A stretch of 64,000 bases of DNA from Eledone cirrhosa. Its lineage: Eukaryota. The DNA is taken from positions 218,488,001-218,552,000 of the forward strand of contig OZ024741.1 in the NCBI GenBank assembly GCA_964016885.1. Reading direction: 5' to 3'. The notes beneath the pieces are model-generated. The model did no database searches. It saw only the letters and a list, made by a program, of their open reading frames with translations, and was not told where the DNA came from. Position numbers and translations under genes: made by a program. Below are positions 1 to 15,305 of the stretch, piece after piece; positions within the stretch are counted from its first letter, which is position 1; each line of letters begins with the position of its first letter.

Positions 1-269
1 CACGTCTTTTCTCTTCTCTTCCTTTCATCACGTTTTCTCTTTTTACTTAGGTCGTTCTTCCTCTTTATTCTTCCTCTCAAACATTCTCTCATCCCTCCGT
101 TTCTATCTTTCGTTGAACGACACACACACGCACACACACACATACACACATATATATATAGTATGTATGTATGTATGTATGTATGTATGTATGTATGTAT
201 GTATGTATGTATGTATGTATGTATGTATGTATGTGTGTATGTATATTTGTATGTATGTATGTGTGTATG

Positions 270-837
270 TATGTTCTTCTGGTTTTATAATTTCACAAAT
301 GTTTTCCAATATAGAGAGAGTCGGTTTCTAACATAGACACAAGACTCTCTCATTGAAATTTACACATCAACTAGATAGATTATGTATGCATGCATGTGTA
401 GATATGGATGTTATTGTATGTGTGATGTTATTGTATCTGTGGATGTGGATGTTTTGAGTTGTATGTGTGCATGTGTATATGCTTTGTATCTGTACATGTG
501 TATATGCAGTTATTAGATGCAAAATCTTTGGAATGTTATACATATTTTTACTGTTCCATTAATGGATTGTACTTGTAATTTCCTAACTAGTTGTGTTCTT
601 TCTGTTCCTGTGAAGCCTAGCTTCTCAAGATTTGTATTGAGGCAGTTACTAACATATCCCAGTGCCCCAATAATCACAGGCATAAATCTGAAGGTGTAAT
701 CAGGGTGGAGTATCTGCAGATTTCTCATCAGTTCTGCATAAATATTCTCCTTTTCGCTAATCTTTGATATTATATTGGCATCTGCTGGGCAGCTAACTTC
801 CACTACTGTGCATGCCTTCTTTTCGCTGTCCCATATC

Positions 838-840
<3 letters not shown>
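270..840 (-). mobile_element. 5'-truncated non-LTR retrotransposon with restriction-like endonuclease (RLE) C-terminus (R4/NeSL-like) plus 3' UTR, inside (TACA)n
   Basis: ORF 513-929 reads IWD..VVEVSCP..EKENIY..PVIIGALG, an RLE-type C-terminus. Flanked by (TATG)n on both sides. The 3' UTR recurs at 42260-42510. Confidence 0.75.
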
Positions 841-870
<30 letters not shown>

Positions 871-2149
871 TGTATGTATGTATGTATGTATGTATGTATG
901 TATGTATGTATGTATGTATGAAAGTACACATGTATGTATGTATGTATGTATGTATGTATGTATGTATGTATGTATGTATGTATGTATGTATGTACGTATG
1001 TATGAAAGTATACATGTATGTATGTATGTATGTATGTATATATGTATGTATGTATGTACGTACGTATGTATGTATGTACGTGTGTATGTATGTATCTTTT
1101 AGGGGGTTATGTGGGACTACATTATCCCGTCTGTTCTCTCCTTTCCTATGAGGGTAGATAGGATGTGGTTTGAGGGATAGCTGTCGACGATCTCTATTAG
1201 GTCATGCGAACTATCTTCCTAACTTCTAAACTAAACACTATTGTTTATATAGCTATAATTATGTAATTACCTTCTCGACTGAACAGCGAGGATTTAGCGG
1301 AAACTGACTAAGGATAATCAACACAACTTTCCGATACCTTGCTTCAGACAATACATAAAATAATTCGACTCCCACGTGTGTTGTTGCTCTTCTTTTCCCG
1401 TTCACTGGGTTTATATGCCTCGTACATTATTTTATTTAGTCAAATTAGTCTTCTAACTCAATTTTTAATGTTCTATTATTCTTTTACTAGACTACGGTTT
1501 CTTTTATTAGACTACGACCACTCTGGGGCATCGTCTTGGTGGGACGTAATTGATCATATCGACGCCCAGTACATATTTTACCAATATCTTGAGGTCGGAC
1601 TGCTTGGGCATGTGGTATAACAACATACCCTCACATGCGCACATGTATATATATATATATATATATATATACATGCATATATGCATGTATATATACATAC
1701 ATGTATATATACATACATGTATATATACATACATGTACATATACATATATGTATATATACATGTATATATACATACATGTATATACACATACATATATGT
1801 ACATATACATACATGTACAACGAGCTTCTACAGTTTCCGTCTACCAAACCGGAAGAAATAGTAGAAGGCACTTGCCAACGAAACCACGCAGTGGTGGGAC
1901 TGAACGCGAAACCACGCGAGCACGACACAAACTTAATAGCCATGACTACGATATTTTTAACGTAACTTAAAGATTTGAAAGTTCGGTAAATGAAAGAATA
2001 TGGAGCTTAAATAATCTCCAAACCCACAGTAAAGCCCAAGGAGGGTTAACATTTACAAAAGTTTCTTTCGAAATTTGGAAACTGATTCCAAAAACTGAGT
2101 GATAATATCATTTAATTCTAACGCCATGAACATATTTATGTTATTATAG

Positions 2150-2785
2150 AAATGACTTTTACAGGTGAAGTATGTCAGAGAGTCGTTTCAAAAGCCGTTT
2201 CTCGTACTATGGATCGACCATCAAACATCTTGACAAGAAGCGTATCACTAAGCACACAAACCACGTGTGGAACATCAAAGGATACGTCACAGACTTCTTC
2301 ATAAAATGTAGGATTCTGAAAAAATCCAGCACCCTACATTAACGGAGCTAAAGCTTATTATTTATGTGTCGCCGAGAAGTGGATATACTTACACAACTAT
2401 CTTCCAAAAAGAACAGCTTAAATGCACGGCTAGATTTCTTCAATTGTTGTCCACACGGATCAAAATCTTTTGTGAAGGGATGGTCTAGGACGGACTAAAA
2501 TTCTATTTAATCCTATATTACTTGCAATCTCTCTACACACAAGTTACCCTCCCCTCATTTTTCTTGATGGAATTCTATCCCTTACATATATACAATTTAA
2601 CTTTAAATTAATTAATTAATTAAGATTTGTTTAGGGTTTCCTACCGTTAGCTTTAGAACTCTCCTACACGATCAAGAATCTTCCCGGAAGTAACTCCATT
2701 ACCTTGTGGCAGGCTGAATGAGTTGGCATTACTAACCCCAACGAAACTCGAGCATCTACGTAATGCCACCGTTGTGACCTTACTG

Positions 2786-2786
<1 letters not shown>
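2150..2786 (+). mobile_element. Decayed PLE 3' end (GIY-YIG remnant plus UTR with HHR-like motif)
   Basis: Manual frameshifted translation: FKSRF..HVWNIK..IKCRILKK / PYING..YLCVAEK / LNARLDFFNCCPH. GTGGCA..CTGAATGA-GTTGG..CCAAC-GAAAC..GTA..TGCCAC at about 2706-2769. Confidence 0.6.
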
Positions 2787-2869
<83 letters not shown>

Positions 2870-2871
<2 letters not shown>

Positions 2872-3395
2872 AACCGCCACCCTCCTTCAAAAACGAAGGA
2901 GAGGCGGTTTTCCTTTGTGTGATAGCTATGGCGAAAGAGGTTGTATGGTGGACAAGGTTGAAAGGGCTGAGGTCAGACACCTTTCTCTCCGGCCAACAAC
3001 TGATTCTTTTTTTCAAATACCACTTTGGAAGAAAAATCAGGATGGAGAGAGAGGTGCTGTACCCCAGCAAGTTTTATGAAAGGTGGGTGAAAGTGGCGAG
3101 AATGGCCCGAGTGAATGGGCCTTCTCTCTATATCAGCCTGTAGGTTGAGGAAAAGGAGGAGGAGAGGAAAGGAGTACAAGCTCTTCGTACTCCTGGAGAT
3201 GAGGGTTGCACATTTTTTTTCGGGGGTATGTGTTACCCATATAAACTGTCTCCCTCTATTGGGGAAAATCGACTAACTTTTAAATTCCATCTGTGATAAC
3301 ATTTTACACGTTTTTATTGTATGTAAACTTCCCCCTTTGTATTTGTCCCCTTCTTTTGTGCCCCTGTGGCTAATAAAGAAATATATCTATCGTAT
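2870..3395 (+). mobile_element. 5'-truncated Tx1/L1-like LINE 3' end inside (TATC)n
   Basis: ORF 2919-3143 (AMAKEVVWWTR..F.ERW) resembles Tx1-type C-termini. UTR ends AATAAAGAAATATATCTATC. A second UTR copy lies at 5305-5460. Confidence 0.55.
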
Positions 3396-3511
3396 ATATA
3401 TTGTACAGTTTTTCAAGAGATGTCAACATAAATGGAGCTGTTATTTTTATTTAAAGACATTTTTTCCAATTAAACCCGCCCGCCCCCTCAATCTATCTTA
3501 TTTCTCATTCT

Positions 3512-3547
3512 TTCTTCTGATGAAGGACTAGCGTCCGAAACGTTAAG
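3512..3547 (+). ncRNA. Minimal type I hammerhead ribozyme
   Basis: TCTT-CTGATGA-A-GGAC(TAGC)GTCC-GAAACGTT-AAGA. Decayed homolog at about 41249-41284; downstream flank recurs at about 61605-61680. Confidence 0.75.
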
Positions 3548-3866
3548 ACCCTCTTCCTGCTATATCAAGCGTTAACCTAATATATCCCTTCCATATACTG
3601 TACCGATTGTGTTGTTATTATTGTTTACCTTTTACATATATATATATATATTATATACATATATATATGTGTGTGTGTGTTAGTGTGCGTGCGTGCATGT
3701 GTGTGTGTGTGTGTGTGTGATCATGAACAGCCACACAATCTAGATCCTTCACACATGGTGACCTCATTGTACAGTTTCTAAATTTATAATAGGTCAGTTC
3801 ACCGGTACTGGAATATACATAAACACGACAACGAAGTACACATACATGCATGCATACATACATACA

Positions 3867-3900
<34 letters not shown>

Positions 3901-3950
3901 CAAACATACAATGATGCATACATACATACATACATATATACATACATACA

Positions 3951-3984
<34 letters not shown>

Positions 3985-4224
3985 CACAAACATACATACA
4001 TACATATATACATACATACATATATACATACATACATATGTACATACATATATACATACATACATATGTACATACATACATACATACATACATACATTCA
4101 TACACACATACATGCATACATACATATACGCAGATATTTATGCATAAATATATATTCACATGTATATACATGTATACATATATACCAAGATGTATACACA
4201 CTTAAATATATATATATATATATG

Positions 4225-4270
<46 letters not shown>

Positions 4271-4432
4271 CATGTATATATATATGTGTGTGTCTGTGTG
4301 TGCGGGCTATGTATATATGTGTGTGTGTGTGTATGTGTATAATATATATATATATGTGTGTGTGTATATATATATATATGTATGTGTATATGTATATATA
4401 TATATATATATATGTACATACATATGTACATA

Positions 4433-4465
<33 letters not shown>

Positions 4466-4956
4466 GTATATATACACACATATACACATACATATACTTA
4501 TATATATATGTATATATACATATACACACACACATATATATATTATACACACACACACACATATATATATATATACATATACACACACGCACACACAGAC
4601 ACACACATATATATATATACATATACACACACATATATATACATATATATACATATATATACTCGTACAAACACACACACACATGTTAGTTCTATTTTGG
4701 TTTTGTCATGTTTTTCTCTAGCTGTGTAGTTGTTATTCCAACTCTTCTCTATTTGGTTTTATTGCCATGTTGTTTTTTCTTTCTATCTTTGTTGTTAATT
4801 TGTTGCTTCTTTCTTTCTTTCTTTTTGAAAGTCGTCTCTGGGAAAGCGGAACATAGAGGACTATTGGCGGGAACATGTGTTTTCTACTTCCGGTGTTAGC
4901 TACGATTAAAGATAGATTAGTTAGCTACAGGAGGGAAACGGGTGTGCAATCTGGGA

Positions 4957-5002
<46 letters not shown>

Positions 5003-5059
5003 AATTTAAATATATATATATACATATGTATATATATATTTATACACATATAAATTTAA

Positions 5060-5118
<59 letters not shown>

Positions 5119-5207
5119 GGTGTATTTATGTATATATGTGTACATATATATATATGTAATATATATGTATAGATACATATGTATATATATATATTTAAAT
5201 TTATGTG

Positions 5208-5301
<94 letters not shown>

Positions 5302-5304
5302 TAC

Positions 5305-5460
5305 ATAGATAGATATGTTTCTTTATTAGCCACAGGAGCACAAAAGAAGGGGATAAATACAAAGGGGGAAGTTTACCTACAATAAAAACGTGTAAAATAT
5401 TATCACAAATGCAATTTAGTCGATTTTCCCCAATAGGGGGAAACATAACATATGGAAAAT
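5305..5460 (-). mobile_element. 3' UTR fragment of the Tx1-like LINE, flanked by (AGAT)n
   Basis: Reverse-complement similarity to about 3235-3390; ATAGATAGAT on both sides. Confidence 0.6.
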
Positions 5461-6084
5461 AGATAGATAGATGAAGCTATAGATAGCTAAATTTAAAAGT
5501 TCTCCCCTACCCAATGTTCTACAGAATGCACACATACATATGTATTTGCATATTTTCAAACTTTACACACACATACATACATACATACATGCATACATAA
5601 ACACATACATACACGCACACACACATACATACACACATACATAAATACATACATGCATATATACATACACACACTCATACATACATAAATACATACATAC
5701 ATACATACATAAATACATAAATACATACATGCATATATACATACACACACTCATACATACATACATACATACATACATACATACATACATACATACATAC
5801 ATGCATATATACATACACACACTCATACATACATAAATACATACATACATACATACATACATACATACATGCATATATACATACACACACTCATACATTC
5901 ATACATACATACATACATACATACATACATACATACATACATGCATATATACATAGGTAAGTGTAAAAAGCTAGCTGGCGCTGTATACACACTTCCGCTC
6001 CCATACACACCAACTTTGGTATATATAAACACAGCCAGTGGTAAGTAGAGAATTTACAAATACAGATTTACGTGTCTATACATA

Positions 6085-6163
<79 letters not shown>

Positions 6164-6206
6164 GTATATATATATATATGTATATATATATATGTATATA
6201 TATATG

Positions 6207-6250
<44 letters not shown>

Positions 6251-6251
<1 letters not shown>

Positions 6252-6777
6252 CTATATATATAAAGCTGTGGTTGTCTGTCTGTCTATCGATTTTTGGCAC
6301 ACATCTCCTCTAAGAATCTCTGACGGAATTGCACCGAAATTGCTATACTTGTACATTGAGCCCTAGCGAAGACATCGGAAAAAAAATATTTCAAATTGAC
6401 CCACCCTATGTGACGAAATTGAATCTAATGTATCGATTTTTGAGCGTAAGTGACGAGTTATTTCCCTTTGTTCTGTTTACATTGAGCGTCTTACTTTGTT
6501 TTTCTCTGCGTTGCAGTGTTTACATTTTCGATCTTTGTTAATAAATAACCAGTGCAGTTTTTATCCCCAGCATCCTATTTTGTTATAACATTCGGGTTAT
6601 CGTTATGTTTTCTTAACTTCATAAGGCATATTGTTGGTTGAGGGAATATTAATCAAAAACACCACATGCAAGTCTGCACAGTAGACACTAAAGTTTTTAA
6701 GCCAAAAAAGAAACTTAACATTGTAACTTTAACACAGCTACTGAGCGACCCCGAGCAACGCCGGGCTTTACTGCTAG
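6251..6777 (+). mobile_element. Non-autonomous Helitron-like element
   Basis: A|TC start, subterminal hairpin CCCGAGCAACGCCGGG, CTAG|T end, no TSD. Confidence 0.7.
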
Positions 6778-6809
6778 TATATATATATATGTATATAGGT
6801 ATATATATA

Positions 6810-7285
6810 TTGGTAAACGGAATAGAAAATGCTGACAAATTGTTCACAGTTGAAAAATGGTTTAATTAGGAATAAAAGAGTATTAATAATTGTATGGGTT
6901 AGTATTCAGTTGTGGTTTTAAGTTTTTAAGTTTTTACCGGTTGCGCATTTCTAAATGCTTTTCAAAAATAATTTTGAGATAGAGTGTCCGTGTTGTTTGC
7001 TCTGATCTGATTAGTTTTGGGAATTCTACCTGTTTTTATGTTAAAAGAGTGGCTCCAGCACTACTTTGGTGTTGCAAAAATTCTTGTGGTCAAAACAATT
7101 TTGTGGTGTTCGATGTTGTGATAATGGTTAGCAGGGATGGTCAGTAGAAATGTGTCTGTAAGCAGTGGGGTATATTTTAGCATGTCAAAAGATATTTTTC
7201 AGCTTTTGTCTTATACGGAGAAGTGTGTGTGTGTGTGTATAAGTCTCTTTGTATGTTACTGTACGCGTGTGTATGTGTGTGTGTG

Positions 7286-7319
<34 letters not shown>

Positions 7320-7500
7320 AGAATGTATGTGTGTGTGTGTGTGGGTGGACCAGTATTTTTTCCCCCTGGTAAAATGGTGTACATTATTCGATTTTTTCAG
7401 TAAAATCGGTTCTCTTAATAGAACATCAAAAATCTTAACAATAAAAGGTGTGAAATGATATTCACTATATATATATATATATATATATACATACATATAT

Positions 7501-7580
<80 letters not shown>

Positions 7581-8517
7581 TGTGTTGCACCATAGAGCAT
7601 GTGTGTTTACGTATGTCATTGTGTTTATATGTGGGTAGAGATGTGTGCTGATGTAGGTATGTATGTTGACGTGTGTATGTTGTGGGTTCGTCTTAGGGAG
7701 AAGTGTTTAGACGGGGTCCGTATTTGTTAATGAAGTAAGATTCCTTGCTGATGCGCTGGGGGTGGGTGGCATTATCTTTAAATTTGTAGAGGGGAGAGAT
7801 TCTGAAGTTGGGATGATTTTGGGCGGCACAGGTATCAATGTGTTCACTCAGTGGTATTTTCCTGTATTCCCGTATTTTAATTTGGGATCTATGGACAGTC
7901 ATGCGTTGGCGGAGGCTGTTTTTGGTCTGGCCTATGTATTGTTCTCGACAACCTGAGCAAGTTAATACATATATTAGATTTTCCGATGCACATGTGAAAT
8001 TGTGTTTTACTATAAAACGTTGTCCTTCTTTGAAATAGAATTCCGAACCCTCTATTAGGTTGATGCAAATGCCACAGTTGGGTCTATCGCATTTTTTTAC
8101 TGTGGGTTTCGTTGTTGTGGTTGGCAGTACTTTGGCATGTGTTAGGATGTTTTTCATTGACTTGGATTGTCATTTGCTCTTTATGATATCGTGTGTTCGT
8201 AGGATTTGGTTCATTCTATGGTCTTTTTTCAACACAGGGATGTTCTGGAGGATGGTGTCAAAGGCCTCATTGTTGAGGGGGTTGTGTGTGGAGATGTATG
8301 GAAGAGCTTTTAGTTTCGGTTGATTTACTTTAGGGTGTCTAAGGTCCTGGGTACTGAGTTTTAGGGCACGTTGGATTCCATTGTCAATTAGTGATGCAGG
8401 GTAGTCCCTGCCTATGAGTGTGTCCTTTAGTTCTTGCAGCCGTAAGTAGCAGGTGTTTTTATTGGAGACTATAGTACAGATTCTCTTGGCTAAGTTGTAG
8501 GGAATATTAATTTTAAC

Positions 8518-8518
<1 letters not shown>
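6810..8518 (-). mobile_element. 5'-truncated PLE (Neptune-like): RT thumb, Cys linker, GIY-YIG and 3' pLTR region
   Basis: ORFs 8170-8631 and 7693-8157 are in one frame split by a TGA: [58 protein letters not shown]. Flanked by (TA)-rich tracts. Confidence 0.85.
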
Positions 8519-8567
<49 letters not shown>

Positions 8568-8724
8568 GTATATATATATGTATATATATGTATATATATA
8601 TATCTATATATATATCTATATATATATACATATATATATATATGTATATATATATGTATATATGTATATATATGTATATATATATGTATATATATATATG
8701 TATATATATATGTATATATATATG

Positions 8725-8755
<31 letters not shown>

Positions 8756-8756
8756 G

Positions 8757-8787
<31 letters not shown>

Positions 8788-9053
8788 GTATATAATATAT
8801 GTATATGTATATATATATGTATATGTATATGTATATTATATATGTATATTATATATGTATATTATATATATATATGTATATGTATATTATATATGTATAT
8901 TATATATGTATATTATATATATATATGTATATGTATATTATATATATATATGTATATGTATATTATATATGTATATTATATATGTATATTATATGTATAT
9001 TATATATGTATATTATATATATATATATGTATATGTATATTATATATGTATAT

Positions 9054-9091
<38 letters not shown>

Positions 9092-9094
9092 TAT

Positions 9095-9770
9095 ATAAAA
9101 GTAACGAAACAAACGGTTATTAAACAATTTTCTAAATAAATTAAAAAATGATTAAATAATCACCTGTTCAGATGCTGTTACCGACGGTTTCATCATTCCG
9201 AAAGATTGGAAATCCAACGAATTTCCAATGGAAAGAAATGAATCTTCAGACCGCCCTATTTCCACGCTATAAGGTATCTAGCCTAATAGCAAGTAAATAT
9301 TATGCTCCCTGCCCAACGCATGCGGTCAAGCCGGTAAAGTGGCACACACGCAAATCAGGTCGCTGATAAAAGCTGGATATTATAAACATGTCGAATTGCC
9401 ACTAAAATTAGCAGCATTATTCAACGTTTTGTTCTCTACATAAGGAGAATAAATTATAGAAGTGGATGGATACTTCAACAGGTACAATGTACTTGTAGAA
9501 ATATTCAAGTTGTTTATTGGAAATTCGTTGGATTTCCAATCTTTCGGAATGATGAAACCGTCGGTAACAGCATCTGAACAGGTGATTATTTAATAATTTT
9601 TTAATTTATTTAGAAAATTGTTTAATAACCGTTTGTTTCGCTACTTTTATATTGTTCTGGTATCTCGAATTAGTGCCATTGAACCACATGTATTATAAAC
9701 AACTTGAATATTTCTACAAGTACATTGTACCTGTTGAAGTATCCATCCACTTCTATAATTTATTATAGCT
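9095..9770. mobile_element. Non-coding fold-back insert with HHR and two inverted duplications
   Basis: 9095-9229 inverted at 9516-9652; 9449-9517 inverted at 9694-9762. Minus-strand HHR 9174-9254: GCGGT-CTGAAGA-TTCATT..AATGAT-GAAACCGTCGGTA-ACAGC. Confidence 0.7.
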
Positions 9771-10272
9771 CCTTTGTAATATACTATATTCTAGTACTTT
9801 AGTACTAAACTGCTCTTTAGCATCGTGTCACAATTTGTTTTCTCTAATTAAGGGCCCCTTTATTTCATATGCTACCGGTCCTTCTCTAACCAACCCCATC
9901 CGGTGCTGTCAGACACACGCTTAGAAATATGACACACACACACACACATACATACACATACACACACACAGACATACACACATACACTCACAAACACACA
10001 CACATACACACAAACACAACCACACATACATACATACACACACGCATACACACACACTCACAAACACATACACATACACACACATGCACACACACTCACA
10101 AACACACACACACATACACACACTCACACACACACACAGAACCACACATACATTACATTACATTGCCAAATGATAAATATACAGATATCTACACAAATTT
10201 GCGCCTGTATAAATTCCACTTAAAAACACACATACACAAACCCCGTATATATATATATATATGGTACCAGTA

Positions 10273-10372
<100 letters not shown>

Positions 10373-10584
10373 CTCTGTATGCATGTATGTATGTACATAT
10401 GTACGTATGTATATATGTATGTGTATATATGTATGTATGTGTAAATATGTATATATGTATATATGTATATATATATATGTATATATGTGATCATATGTAT
10501 ATATGTAGGTATATTTATTATATGTATATGTGTGGTCATATGTATGTATATATGTGTATATATTATATGTGTATATATGTGATC

Positions 10585-10623
<39 letters not shown>

Positions 10624-10874
10624 GATCATATGTATATATATATATTTATATATTATATGTATATATGTGGTCATATGTATGTATATGTATTATATGTATG
10701 TATATGATCATATGTATATATATATATATATATATTATATGTATATATGTGATCATATGTATATATATTATATGTATATGTGTGGTCATATGTATGTATA
10801 TATGTGTATACATCATGTGTATATATGTGGTCATATGTATATATACATATATATATTATATGTATATATGTGGT

Positions 10875-10907
<33 letters not shown>

Positions 10908-11056
10908 TATATGTGGTCATATGTATATATATATGATCACATATATACATATAATATATATGTATATATATTATATGTATATATGTGATCATATGTATAT
11001 ATATGTATGTATATATATTATATGTATGTATATATATCATATGTATATATATGGTC

Positions 11057-11111
<55 letters not shown>

Positions 11112-11275
11112 TGTATGTGATCATATGTGGTAGTTCAGTATAGAATGTTTATTTCCTGACGCATGTTTTTACAATACAATATATGTTTGAAATGTTTTTG
11201 ATATATAGATAAACCATATCTAAAATTGGCATCCCGAGTACACATACACACAAGCGCATAGACACGCACACACAC

Positions 11276-11306
<31 letters not shown>

Positions 11307-11504
11307 CATACACACATACATACATACATACACACATACATATATATACACACACACACACATACATACATACACAAACACACACACATACATACACACA
11401 TACACCCATATATATTTGTATATATACACATATATGTATATTTATACATATATATATATATACACACATATATATATACATATACATACATATATATATA
11501 TGTA

Positions 11505-11690
11505 TAACAAAATAAGGTGCTGAGGTTACATATATCGTTTAATCATAATAATTAGTTCTACGGTTCTCCATGCAATTGAGATGTCCTTCATGCATTTGCT
11601 CTTGATTAGGAGAATGGTATCCTCAGATGAAAATCGATATGTTTGATATGTCGCTGGCAAGGAAAACACACGCCCTAATGCCTGTGTGCC
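11505..11690 (-). mobile_element. Short TA-embedded repeat with degenerate HHR-like motif (family also at 40440-40832)
   Basis: High similarity to 40537-40700. Minus strand TCAT-CTGAGGA..TTCTC..GAGAA..AGAACTAATTATT-ATGA. Confidence 0.55.
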
Positions 11691-12222
11691 CAGCATACAT
11701 ATATATATATATGTCACCGTACGTCAACTATATCCAGTGTAGTAATTAACCATTACTACATCTAGGATAATCCTATACCTAATATATATATATATATGAA
11801 AAAATGGGGAGAAGAATACTGCATGGTTGCACATGGATAACATGTTATAAAATGAGTCCCTCATCAGTGATTTACCAACGGTCATAGGTATTTCATTGCA
11901 TTAAAAATCGTATACCTCACGTTGGCGCAATAATAACTAAAATAAGTTATTAGGACAATTAAAACGCGTAAAGCGAGTGAGACAAGTAAACAACACAGAG
12001 GAAAGCTAACCGAAGATAGGAAGAGACACAAGCTACATAGTTATTCTATCAGTATAGCTGTGTGAATATATGAGCGAGTAGAAAATAGACCTTTCGAGAT
12101 GAATCCGATGTAAGAAAGAAGGAAAATCGTTAACATCGCGAACGGGGGGAAGTGAGAAGGGGAGAAACAGTGAGTGAGTGAGTGGAAGTGTGAGGAAGAG
12201 GTCAGTAGAGAGAAAGTGTTAA

Positions 12223-13582
<1,360 letters not shown>

Positions 13583-13659
13583 TATATATATATATATATA
13601 TATATGTATATGTATCTATACCCTTCTACTAATTACATATATATGCACACACACACACG

Positions 13660-13716
<57 letters not shown>

Positions 13717-13846
13717 GTAGAACACTGGTGGGTTATATCGGTAGTAGTAGAGTACTTAGTCCATGGGACGGAAATGGTCGATTGCCAACCGCGAGTCAAG
13801 GAAGATTCAAATATAGATATGACACTAAATTGTGTGCTCTATCATC

Positions 13847-14483
13847 GGTGGATTGGCAGAGCCGGTAGAGCGTCGGACAACATGCTTCGCAGCATAAAGT
13901 TACGGCTCTTGGGTTCAAATCCTGCCGAGGTTAACTTTGCCTTTCATCCTTACGGGATCGATAAAATAAAGTACCAGTAATGTACTGAGGTGATTGCTGG
14001 TCTTGTGCCAAAAGTAGAAACAATTATCATCGGTAGATTGACAATATCGGTAGAGCGCCGGACAACATGCTTCGCAGCATATTGTTACGGCCCTTTACGT
14101 TCTGAGTTCAAATCCCACCGAGGTTAGCTTTGCCTTTCATCCTTACAGGGTCGATAAAATAAAGTACCAGTAATGCACTGGGGTCGATTAAATCATAAGG
14201 ATTAAACCGTAAGGATGAAAGGCAAAGTTAACCTCGGCGGGATTTGAACTTTGAATGGAAAGGGCCGTAACTCTTTGCGTCAAAGCATGGCGTCCGACTC
14301 TCTACCGATACTGCCAATCCAATGGTTTCTTATATAGGCACAAAGCCAGCAGTTTTGGGAGAAGGGCAAATCGATTAAATCCACCCCAGTGCGTGACTGG
14401 AACTTTATTTTATCAACCCTGTAAGGATCAAAAGCAAAGCTACCCTCGGCGAGATTTGAACTCAGAACATATAGGACCGTAAC
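13847..14483. mobile_element. Cluster of four tRNA-derived SINE (family 1) copies: two + (13847-14027, 14031-14195), two - (14206-14320, 14325-14483)
   Basis: A box TGGCAGAGCCGG, B box GGTTCAAATCC, body GCCTTTCATCCTTACGGGGTCGATAAAATAAAGTACCAG. From memory the body resembles the Meta/MESC SINE central domain. Confidence 0.85.
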
Positions 14484-14494
14484 TAGTAATATAT

Positions 14495-14848
14495 ATCTAA
14501 TCCAATCCAGGGCCTTCTCATTTCTGCTAGAGGAACCCCTCCCTGGTTGACCTCCACCGCTTGATCTTTAGTATTGATCATGACAGGAGTGTAGCCATAC
14601 TCACCACACTTGGCCAACTGTGGGTGAGGCTATTTAACCCATAGTTGGGGTGGCTGGCTGTTGACTCTGCCGAGTTCATCTAACCTTTTAACAGCTCTTG
14701 ATTTTTGTGTTGGTGGGGTTCCACTTAACCTCCTTACCAGACCAGGGTCTGGTGGGGGAGCTGGTTTAGTCACTGACCATTTGACCAAGAAGCAGCTTGT
14801 ACTGGATTACATGGTGCCAATAGCTGGCAGCAGTCTGCCCTCACCATA
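14495..14848. other. GC-richer unclassified segment, probably a retroelement UTR fragment
   Basis: Compositional contrast with flanks; ends in (TA)n; no credible ORF. Confidence 0.25.
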
Positions 14849-14892
14849 ATATATATATATTTATATATATATATATATACACACATGTATAT

Positions 14893-14933
<41 letters not shown>

Positions 14934-15057
14934 ATGGTCCGACGAGCTTTTGAGTCCAAAGTCTGGTTAGATCGATACAAATCGAGCCTTGATGATCAAT
15001 CGTGAAACGCGCGTCACACTTCAATAAATGTATTGAAGATCCTTTTTATTATTTTTA

Positions 15058-15102
<45 letters not shown>

Positions 15103-15260
15103 ATACTTTGGGAGGGTCATGTTGCCAATAAGAAACACACGCACCAGTTGCTTTCACTTCAATTTATTATATATTTATAAATTTATAAATTTACAAATCT
15201 ACAAATTTATAAATTTCTGGTTGGTTGGTTGGTTCCACAACCAGATAGTTGTTTATATAT

Positions 15261-15305
15261 AGTCATAGTCCTTTCGTCACACACTCTGTGACCTCTTCAG
15301 TGACT
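15261..15305 (-). ncRNA. Minimal hammerhead ribozyme in the inverted pLTR
   Basis: AGTCA-CTGAAGA-G-GTCACA(GAGTG)TGTGAC-GAAAGGACTA-TGACT. Confidence 0.75.

Noticed and set aside
8168-8174. In-frame TGA in the PLE ORF as possible selenocysteine (as in some Naiads)
   Set aside because: The homolog at 63567-63854 has Arg here (KSKRQ), so a nonsense mutation such as CGA>TGA is more likely.
14985-15020. Possible HHR (TTGATGA..GAAACGCGCGTC); similar weak case at 42760-42835 (-)
   Set aside because: Core mutated and no convincing stem I; not listed as features.
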